NCBI GenBank assembly: GCA_964304625.1
Contig: OZ199838.1
Span: 16,475,469-16,539,468, forward strand
Direction: 5' to 3'
DNA: 64,000 bases
DNA from: Kudoa neothunni
Lineage: Eukaryota > Animalia > Cnidaria
Both the position numbers and the translations under genes were made by a program. Positions 53,290 through 64,000 of this stretch are shown here, piece by piece (within the stretch, counting starts at the first letter, position 1; every line of letters begins with the position of its first letter). The notes below the pieces were generated by a model that was given only the letters and a program-made list of their open reading frames with translations, did no database searches and was not told the origin of the DNA.

Positions 53290-56200
53290 ATAAATTATCT
53301 GTTAATCGTTAACTATTATAAACTAATCATAACAAAATTTATTCATTGATATTTTTTGCTTTTATTAACCTTCCGAGCGCTTGAAAATCGACTTTGCATA
53401 TTCCTTCTTTTTAGACCCCACATTTTTTTTGCTTGAATTATGAATAAACATCAAATAAGTAATTTACTAAAGTTTGAGAGAAAACGATCGATAAAATATT
53501 GGAAAACGTTAAATTTAACACCGCCGGCTGTTGTGATTGATTACCAAAACTTTTAAAAGGTTAAATTAATCATAAAATTAAACGAATTTAGCCCTTTTTT
53601 AAATATAATGGGTTTTAATAATAATATATATCATTCCTTATTAAATAAATCTTAAGAATTGATTCTTTCGTAAGTAATTTCTTAATAATCATGTCCAATA
53701 ATACCCGAAATACATATTGTTCCAAAATACATAAAATGCGATAAATTTCTGTTATTTTAGTAGCTATCGGCACGGTAAAAAATATTCGAGTGTGACTAAT
53801 TTCGACTAGATTTAATTATTTCTATATTGTCGCTTCTATCTTAATGGTCAAAAATAATTAAACACAGCTAATTCTAAGAAAGTTAAATTTTAAAATAGCT
53901 TGTGGGTAAGAATCGATAAGATTGAAAATTTCGACCCTTCATGTGCTAATGTCATTAAGATTAATATTTATCCTGCCAATAACTTCTACCTTTAAGAATT
54001 CCAATTTTGAGCATACATACACGCATACAAAAACTTAAGTCTGATCAAGATGATAAGTCAGTAATATTAAATGATACTAGTCGATTTAATAGATTAACCA
54101 AAAGGACGACATTTTAAAAATGAACAATTAAGTGCGTTCATTGATGATTGAATTAAAAAGAAAATAATATTTTTCGTCGTATTAAGAGTTATAATTGGAT
54201 AAAAACATATTCGAGATTAATATATAAAGATAGTTGTAAGGCAGAAAAATGAAACTTTGAATGGGGCATTTTTTATCATTTTAATGGTAAATTGTTTTAA
54301 AAATATCATTTACACAATATTACAAAATAGTAATATAATAAAAATGATTTATGTTGATTTAATTGTATAGAAATTCTTTGTTTAAAAGTTCGGGGGCTTT
54401 CTCCAGTATAACCTTGAGCAGCGCTTTACAGTAGAAAGTTAGCGAGTCAAGCTCGTTTGGTTTATTTTCCATAGAGAATTCGTTGGAAACCCCCTAAATT
54501 GAAAATTTTAATCTCATTAAAATTTAATTAAGAGAAAAGTCAGATAAACAACTTGTTTATAATTTCCAAGCTCCTCCTTAAGGTTTTGTTCTTGAATCTT
54601 ATGGTAGTATAGGGACTCCTGAAGTGTTTCTTCTTTCGACTCCAAGGACACAATATTTAATTCCATCTAAAATTGTCGAAACTTTCCATATTTTAATCAA
54701 AAAAATGATATCACTTTGTTCAATGAAAGTTGAAGATATTCGTTGTTCCTTTCAAGCCTCGTATTGTCCTCCTCTAGTTGAGAGATTTTATGTTCGTAAA
54801 ATTGTAATCGTTCTTCAAAGGTTTTATTCTGTTGATCAAGGGTTTCATTGAATATTTCCAACTATAACATCTCAATGAAAATTATTTAGTTTGACATTGA
54901 TTTAGTACATTCGCAATGCGACCCATCATGAATTTTTTATCGTTTTTGAGGGATTCTAGAACGTCAGCATTCTCTTTATCTTCTTGTTCACTTAATAAAT
55001 GTCAATCCTAAGAGATATTTTTCAATTACTTTAGTAACATAATTGCTTGGTGATCTTCTAGCATGCCTTGATAGTTGGCCTTAAGTCATTTATGTTGGAG
55101 AATGAAACTAAAATTGCAAAACAAACCATCTTGCGTCTACATGTTTCGGTGATATTTTGAAATTTCACTATTTCAAATTCAATATTCTTGATAATCCTTG
55201 AAAATGGAAAAAATTGAAATCGCAGGGATTAGTACAAATGCAGTCAAATTTAATAATTTTATATTAGTTAATATTTTTTTAGATTCTAAAATGTCAAATT
55301 AATTGTATTATTATATTTTATAAAAATGCGTGTATAAAGAAAGTTACTCATTTTAATCCATTATTTTTTAATTATTCGGCAAACAAACTTTTTGAAAGTA
55401 TTAAATTAAATAATTTTGTTGTAAACTCAATAAAAAATCCTTTTGTATAATTAATTGGTTTTATGCAATGTGTACTTATTACAAAAAATGTCTATATTAT
55501 TGAATTTTTGCGTCAATTAAAATATTACAAAGCAAGTAATCCTCATAGATGAATTTTATCTAAAAATATACTAATAATGAATTATATTAATAATATTTTT
55601 TAAATCGTGCAAAAAATGAATATAAATTATTTTTAAAAAATAATTGTTGATTAATTATAATTAGCATATATTTAAAATTTATGTATTTTTGAAATGTGCT
55701 ACTCACATATCGAATAAAACATTAAAATTACCACCCTTGTTAGATATAATTAAATTAATTCTCTTATATTGTGATATTTTAGTTAATTTATCATAATAAA
55801 ATATTTTAATTCGTCATTTAATTTAATATTTAAATTATTTATTTTAAAATAGATAATATTTACGTTTCATATACGGTGGCGAATTCATCCATCGAATTGT
55901 ACATTATTCGCTCAATGTCAACCAAATCGTCCTTTAATTTTTTGAATAAGTCCATAAAACTTGTACTTCTACGGAGAAATTTATTGTTGATGAACGATTA
56001 GGTTTAAATTACGATGCTTTCGAGAGAGCTACCCACGAATTCGACACTAAAGTTGTATAAAAACGTTAGAATAATATTATTTACAGATTGATACCTAAAA
56101 CAGTCATAGGATGTTTCGGAATCTTTCAAATAATATGGATCGAAATCACTAGACTATAAAGTATTTATCGTTATATTTTCCAATTTTCGTTACACTGGAT

Positions 56201-58968
56201 TGTCGTGGGGATTTTGATTCTTCAAACAACACCGAATTTATCAAACTAAGTCGCCCAAAATATAATACTCTCACAAAAATAAGTTTTTGCGTGATTCATC
56301 AACTCATTCAGATTAACCGATTTTTCCAAATTGTCATTAGGCGATATCTTGAACTAAGTTTGTTAGCAATGATGATCCATTTAAATACTTTCATATTTGG
56401 ATTCATTTGCATAATGTCGCGTAAAAGCACTCTGCCGTATTGGTCTTTTTTACATTTTCGTAAATATTTGCAATTTTTTCCTCAAATACTGAAAGTCTAT
56501 ATTCGTTGATGGGGACATTTTGAATTTAGCTATTTTGCAGCCGATCCTATACATGTACTCAAGCCATCAATTGGAATGGTCGGTTATTTTTGATTATCTG
56601 TCAATCTTAATCATCCTATTGAATGTCCATCTATAGCCTGCATTATATACACTGTTTCAAGCTCAGAATAGCAGCTGCAAATGATAGCCATGAATTATTT
56701 AAAATATTCTTTTATGCGAACAACAATTAATATTCTTGAAAAAAATAAGCTTTAAAAAATTCAAATTAACAGTAAGTTTAGTATATTATAGAACATTTTG
56801 GAAACGAAGGAATGTTACGGAATATTCCGCGCTTGTGCGTGCGTTTATATAAAATTGATTTATCCAAATAAATTCTGTTAATTTAATTCTTTAATTCATA
56901 TGTTAAAAGTATCGCTAATACCTCCAAAATCCATATATTAGTAAAATATGAAAAATCTTGCATATTTTTTTCATAAAATTTAATTTTTTCACTCTCAAAA
57001 TAACCTGCATACTGAAAAAAATCAGTAACAATAATTGCATTCCATATTTAAATATTTACATCTAAAACTCGAAGGCAATTAAAATGGACTTTACAATTAG
57101 AGATCAACTATTTTATGTAAAATTATTAATTTTTTAGAATTTAAGTTTATTCTATTAAAACGTATGAAGCGAAATATCATTGGAACAATGTAAATGTCAA
57201 AAACGTGTGAGTAACCTACCATAAATATTTATGTAATTCAGATAAAAATAAGTTGCCATAGGATTATGTTTCTTTAAAGAAGAAATAAAGTGCTTTAATA
57301 CAGAATATCTAAATAATTTCGTGGATGTTAAGAAAATTAATTTTATGAAGATAAAAGAATCTCTTTATTTACATTTATAAATTTTTTATACACTATTTTA
57401 AAATTGAATAATAAAAGTCTTGATCAAATTTATCTTTAGTCGATGAAAGATATTTTGTTAAAATAATCTCGTTAAAACTCTTTTTCCTCTATTTAATTTT
57501 ATAAATGTGATCAACTTGATGGATGTAAAGGAATTTCTTCTCTCTCACAGGACAATCTTCAGACTGGCCACACCTTTTTTGTATTGCGTAATTCTTCTTT
57601 AACTTGATTCACTTTGATTTTTGGAATATATTTAATGTAATGTAACCTATTTTTTATATATTTTCAATTTTAATTTATGAAGTTATACCTTATAAGCTTA
57701 TTATCAATTCGTAGGTCTCATAAATACCTCATTCCACGCTAATAGATTAGATTTAGTACACTTACTTACGCTACAATAATTACGTAAAAACTTTTAAACT
57801 AAAATCTCATTACTGAAGTAAAAGATTCTAATGTTCATAATAAAGAGCGTAATCATTAGTAATATTTAGAAGACTGGAATTAGTTAACCTTTCCCCTCGT
57901 GGCAACCAACTTGGTATTCTATTTTCTCAAGTCCTTCATAATTTCATAATTTAAATGTTTTCATAGTTAGATAAATATTAAAATTTTATTTTTTTACATC
58001 GAAATTGAATTCAATATTGAAGAATCTGCGCTAAATTATTGGAACTATAATTTAACGTAGTTACTTAACCAATTAAAATGTTAGGGAGTAAAGGCTTTTG
58101 ACGATTAAATTTAATTCATTCATTTAAAAAATAAAATAATTGTAATTTTTTTCTGTATTTCGTTAGAGTTTAATTACAAATAATTTCGGAGAAATGCAAT
58201 TCATGGATTAGGAGATTAAAATCCAGAAAATAGTTATGCCATAGCAAGATCAATTTAAATTTCATATTCCCTAATAATTAGATAATTAAAATTTCATCAA
58301 AACACTCAGAGCCTTTTCTTTTTAATAAGTATTAACAAATGACACTCTTAAATAAATTTATTAAATAATACTTGAAAGAAATACATTAAATAATGCAGTA
58401 TCAAAACCTTAGCGTAGCGTAACTATTAATGATTCTCTTGGGAGGAGGAATGGTACAGACATTATCATGAGAATGTTGTTTATTTCTATGCTATTTAACA
58501 GTAACTAATATTATCTGTGATTTGTAAATAAATTAGGGAATCATTTGTCCTATTATGTATTCGATTTTATAATATTCTTAATATGAGAAATTTACCGAGA
58601 AAATATTCACACAGGAGAACAATGTCTGTTTTTTAAATTTTTTAAAGTTATTACGTGAAGTGAAAATAATTATCAACAAACAAAGACAAAAATGTATAGG
58701 GCCTTTTATACATTTGATTATCCCTCTAGAAAACAATATCCCAAATGAGTTGAATTCCATCCAAATATCTTGAAAATGTATATGCATAAACACTTATCTA
58801 TTATTCTAGGTTATCTTTCACGCGGAAAATAAATTTTTATTTTCATTATTCACGCCTATAAATGATAAAATGATAGATTATTGAGTTTTGTTGAATTCGT
58901 TGGTAATATATCAAACAAAATATTAAAATCCAAGTTTAAAAGACCTAAATTTATAAAAATATACTCAG

Positions 58969-60073
58969 AAGTGAATACTCGTTGTTGATATAATAAATGG
59001 AACCAGCTGGGAATCAAACACAACCTTCTGAAGAGGATCTGTCACTACTGGAATTCTACACGTTTATATTGCTGATAGTGGCATTGGTTCTATTGTTGGT
59101 AGCTTTTGGAGAATATTTATATTATTTGTAATATGTAAGTTTGATCAGTTGATTTTATTGAAATTTAGAAAAAGGTTCAAAGCGAAACAATATTGGAAGC
59201 TGTGAGCCTTGTTACCACATATTTACTGTTGAATTTGGTTGAATTTTCTAAATTTATCCTTCATTTGATCCAGGAACGAAATATTGCGTGATATCAGCCA
59301 TCATAACTCATTATTTACGTCTTTCAGTAGCTATAAATTTGTCATTGGTTGGGCTTGGAGTGGTTTTGTTAATCTATTCGATCAACTATAATAAAAAATC
59401 ATTTAAGGCCATGTTTTTTGTGCTCATACGGTAAGGTTTCTTTCGGCCAATGAAAAAATTATATGCACTTTTTTAGGATCACCACTTATTATTGTTTTTA
59501 TATGTTCCCTGGTTTTTCTGGACGATTACCGATATGATTATACGTAATAAATATTCGGTTGTAGCCTGGTAAATTTTAGGACAAGTATATATATTTAGGA
59601 GGTTTCAATGTTTGGTTTACGGTGATAGTGAATTTTATGGGCTTCGTCTTCCCTTAACTATAATACTTTCTTTAAACTTTATCTATTTTATCTCAGTAAT
59701 TGTGCGAATAATTATCCAAAATCGTCGACGTCAAATTTTGCGTCGAGGAAACCGTCAGGTCAAGATCATCAAGCATTCGAAGAAGTTTTTCCTTACGAAA
59801 AATGGAACTACAGTTTTACGCAAAGTTGTTTTGTGTTACAGACCAATTTGGATGATGGGTGTATTGAGCTCTTATGTAGAAAGCAACGCTGCCTACTGGA
59901 TTCGTCTTCTTACCTCAACCACTCAAGGCTCTTTTGTTGCAATTGTGGTTCTCTTTGAAATTTGTCGGAACTTTGGGGCCATAATGGAAACCACGAACAC
60001 TATTTGCGTTATGATGATGATACTTAGTAGCTCAAAATTATTTCGCTTGTTAGTTTCCCATAGTAATAACTAA
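58969..60073 (+). pseudogene. Adhesion/secretin-class (7tm_2-like) GPCR 7TM region, apparently degenerate
   Basis: TM1 FYTFILLIVALVLLLVAFG; TM3 YCVISAIITHYLRLS; ECL2 Cys and TM5 CLVY..FYGLRLPLTIILSLNFIYF; TM6 W.MG.L; TM7 TTQGSFVAI. Two in-frame TAA codons follow the stalk-like SEYSLLI. Exon-like fragments upstream (55850-58900) were not resolved. Confidence 0.6.
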
Positions 60074-60392
60074 AATATCTAAAACCAACATTTTTGAGTT
60101 CATGATTCTTTTAAAGGGTATATATTACAGCGTATTCCTTATTGTCTACATTAGGAGTCTCCAAACTTTTTGATACCACAGCTATAGCCGGGTGTCAATG
60201 TTACTCCGCGAGTCACATAAAAACTGACTCTTTGTTGCTTCATTTTCATGTAAAATTTTGTGAGGATGGTTCTTAGACATTGAGTTTTCATGTCGCTTTT
60301 TACATATCCCTACAGTACTATTTCTGAATACCTTTAATAGAGGTCGGCAACCGATTTTACGTACTTTTAAAAAATATCTTTATGAGACTTTA

Positions 60393-61118
60393 TTAACCCT
60401 CTAAGTTAGCGAAAAATTTCCATTATCTAACGGGCTTGGGGTGAAAAAACACCCCAGGCATTTTTTGCTTAAATTTACTCAGAAAATACTTTTAAACTTA
60501 TTCGAGAAATTTTAGTAGATTCTATAGACAGAATTTGGAGTATACTCACATCTATTTCAAAACTTAATCTGGTTCGGCCTCAATCATTGTGGATTATTTT
60601 CAACGAAAAATAAGGCTTTGCGTTAAGTAGTGTAAAAAACTAGTTATTTAACTCATAACTATGGGAGTGGGTATCATCAAAAAATTCACTGAAAGCGCTC
60701 ATCTTTATTCATCCATCAGAAGGTACAGCTAGTCCAAGCTTCTTGCTCAAATAATCCCATTTTTCTACATAACCCAAATTGGCGCGTAATTAAATAAAAT
60801 TTCTGAGAAAGTATTCATCAACAATATAATTCAAAAATGAACTATTATTAATTATTAAACCTGATATATCTAAAAAAATGGATGTTTCTCCATCCATCTG
60901 ATAAGAAAACCTCATTATTACATCAATGAAAACTTTCGAGCGAACGACGCAGAATGCCGCATTGGATTAGGTAAGATACTAGTTGCAATTTTTCTCGGAA
61001 ATTTATCTATGGAATTTTACAGGAGTTTCTCATTTAATTATTTATAATTTTTTCAAGTTAAAGTAAGAAAAAAATCTGGGATGTTTTTCACCTCAAGTCC
61101 GTTAGCTAGCGTTAGAGG
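60393..61118. mobile_element. piggyBac-like MITE
   Basis: TTAA-CCCTCTAA.. / ..TTAGAGG termini and subterminal inverted repeat CTAACGGGCTTGGGGTGAAAAAACACCCCAG / CTGGGATGTTTTTCACCTCAAGTCCGTTAG. The right TTAA is lost. Confidence 0.7.
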
Positions 61119-61379
61119 ATGGAATTTTTTGGGCGACATGAACTTATATTTTAGCTAATTATTTGATATGTGGTACGTCTAATAAATATAGTGAAATAGC
61201 ATAAATTTCAATTTTCTATGAGAAGGTTTAAATATAAATATTCAAATGTTTATTTTAATCAGATCTTATATATTTTACAAATATAAAATCTTCACTTAAT
61301 ATCAAATAATGTGAAAATACGTAAAATATGTAGTGACGGATTTTATGTGCATTTTTGTTCGGATTTCTATATCACTTGC

Positions 61380-62300
61380 GGATTTTACGCAATCCCTATC
61401 AATGGTTGAAGACAGCAAAAGGCGTAGAACATTTAAAGAAAATTATGAAATCGTGAAATTCTCTGAAACCCTTCCTCCTAAAAATGCAAAAACTACTACG
61501 ATTTTTCAATTTAATATTTCCACATTATATCTACATATGAAATAAAAAAGAATGAAAATTACTTCATAACATGAATCTGGTTTAGCCAATTTGAAGAGAG
61601 CGAATTTAGAAAAGGAGAATGATTTTACAAAAAATTATTTCCCAGGTCGTATATATAATGTTGACAAAACATCACTCTACGTTCAGCAGCATCAGCATAG
61701 TCGTATTAATGTAATAAAGAATATAAACAAATAGATTTACCGTACTGTTTGATGTTTCGATTACAGGAGAAAAATTAGGCTTGCTTATTATTGGTCGTTT
61801 CGAGAAACTCAGTAGTGTTAAGAGTGCTGAATCGTTGCCTTTAGTCTATAAAAATATCGAAATCGTTTTTTCCCTAAATATACGACAAACATACTACAAT
61901 CATGGATTGGGACATTATATGATCATTTAAATTGCTCTTCAAAAAACTCTATGATTCATAGATATATTTTACGAACAGAGAATAGCATTTTTTGTGACTC
62001 CTCCAAATATGCTTGATGCACTCATGCTTTTTAAAATGTCATAGGGGAAAGCTACGTGACCAGTTATAGTCACTTGTCTTAACTAAACATTCCTTATTAC
62101 ATATAACTTAATTTTGAGCCCCGAATGAACTACAAAATTATCAGATATGGATGAAATTGACGAGACGATACTAGAGTAGAAGATTGCAAAAGATTAATTG
62201 GATGGTATTAGCGATAATAGGGACGTTATGAAATCTACAATGAAGGATATCGAAAAGAATAAATTGATTGTGTACATATAAATATAATTTCAAAAATTTT
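61380..62300 (+). pseudogene. Highly decayed Tigger/pogo transposase
   Basis: Fragments IYNVDKTSLY and RFTVLF..SITGEKL.LLIIGRFEK..SLPLVYK, with an acidic tail. Confidence 0.7.
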
Positions 62301-63832
62301 CTTCAACTTAATTACGTGCTTTTTAAAAACTGTGATATAGTTCTAACAAATTATAAAAATCAGGTTTTTTTTGTGTGCGCTTGCTTATTTGGTGCGTAAA
62401 TCGGTTACTCAGTGTACTCACATTAATGTTTTGTCCATTCATTAATCAATAACAAAATAATCTAAGTCCCACATTTTATTAAAACTTCTGCATTCAAGGT
62501 TGACCTCTGTATTCTTCCATCGTTCGACATTTTTTCTCTCATTATTCCATAATGTAAAACGTATACAAATCAATTCATATATTTGAACATGAGTGAGAAT
62601 GAAATCAATAAAAAAACGTGTTACGTATAGATCGGCGTGATGTTTGATTGTTATATATAATTAGAAATTTATTCCAATTATTATAAATGTATATCGATAA
62701 ATATTATGATATATTTATCCTACGCAAAGAATAGTATCATCTTACGAATTATGAGAATGTGAGTTGTTCCCAGTTGAGAGCTAATTATAGTATTATTTTT
62801 TATCAAAATCAATTTAAGTTATTCATCTAATACACTACTTTAGATAAAATTTTCAAAATTAAGTCCCAAAACAATTTTCTTTTTAATTAACAGAAATGTC
62901 AGGGGGTCGTAACTTTGAGACTTCTGATGTTAAATATTAAATAAAATATAATTATTTTTAAAAAAGTTATGTAAAAATTAGATAAACTAATTAATTAAAA
63001 TTTCAAATTATTTTTATATATTTTTTATTTAATACGGATATATAATCAATAAAGTTTAATTTGTGAAAGTATAGTAGCTATTCAATCTATAAATATGTTG
63101 AAATAATTAATTAATATTTTTAAATGCAAATCTTCGGATATTAAACTGCTTAACTCTTCAATTGACGCTTATATTCCTCAAAGTCAAATATTCAAAATCG
63201 TAACAATAAAAATTTATTTTAATCCGCAACGTGCTATATTATTCATTCATAATTTTCTCCGCGTTATTTTGACGTTGGTATCTTTAACAAATGGTCGACA
63301 ATAGCAATTTTCGTCGAACAAATAAGCATATTCCTTTCCTTGGAATTCAATACGAAATAAGCGAATAGGTCAATAAATCATAATTGAGCGTTTATATTAA
63401 AATTGAACTTAATCGTGGAAGTAACTATTGACACGTTCATAATATCCAGGTGAGCGTAGTTTTGACTGTAATCATTTAATTTTTTAAGCCTAAGACTAAA
63501 AATGATAACAATTTATTGAATAAAGCATATTACAAAAAAATAAGTATTATACATCAATTATAAATAGAATTTTCAAGGATTAAAAATATGTGTCGATAAC
63601 AACTGCTTTTAAATAATGGAATAAGAAACATTGACTAAAGTATAATTAATATTCGAATGTAGCGTTTGGAGGTTGGTCGATACGATGAGCAATCTCTCTG
63701 ATATTATACGATTCGCTGCATTATGCCTAAAGAAATTAAAATTCAGAAATTCATTTTTGACTTTTCTCGTATATTAAATACAATAATAAATTTAATTGTT
63801 TCAAGATTTTAGAAATATTAATATAATGAGAT

Positions 63833-63875
63833 AATCAAAGAATCAAAGAATCAAAGAATCATAGAATCATAGAAT
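63833..63875. repeat. 8-bp tandem repeat (AATCAAAG)3(AATCATAG)2AAT
   Basis: Read directly from the sequence. Confidence 0.9.
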
Positions 63876-64000
63876 GTAGGTTATTATTTCCTAAATATTG
63901 AAATAAAATGGTTAAAACGTAGAATAGTGGCCTCATGTACCGATTAAAGATTATAATTAATTCAGACATTAATCCTTATTTTTTTAAATCATATTTGTAA

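Noticed and set aside
58990-58998. TAA read as Gln (ciliate-type code) to rescue in-frame stops
   Set aside because: BTF3 and all five array genes terminate at TAA, so the standard code applies.

Overview
Very AT-rich eukaryotic genomic DNA with the standard code and tiny (about 39-57 nt) GT-AG introns; the ORF track fragments are exons. A compact animal-parasite genome such as a myxozoan is plausible, but that is inference. The main feature is a tandem array of five paralogous 10-exon genes (6416-9356, 15501-18460, 22688-25639, 34912-37858, 42160-45120, all +). Each encodes an unrecognised ~850-aa type I membrane protein: signal peptide, seven ~100-aa four-cysteine modules (most with an FN3-like L-x-P-x-T-x-Y-x-I-x-V strand), a Pro/Thr-rich loop, two micro-exons, one TM helix and a 4-residue tail. 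Membrane-distal modules differ strongly between copies in Cys-bounded loops and are patchwork mosaics of each other, while membrane-proximal modules and their introns are nearly identical. This is the pattern expected of a variant surface antigen or diversified receptor family shaped by segmental gene conversion. The spacers are dense with decayed and nested transposons: Merlin/IS1595-like with a tRNA-derived SINE inside, piggyBacs, MULE-, hAT- and Tc1-type MITEs, and a Tigger/pogo with a nested IS630/Tc1. Downstream lie BTF3 (NAC-beta, minus strand), an orphan type I membrane gene and a degenerate adhesion/secretin-type GPCR.
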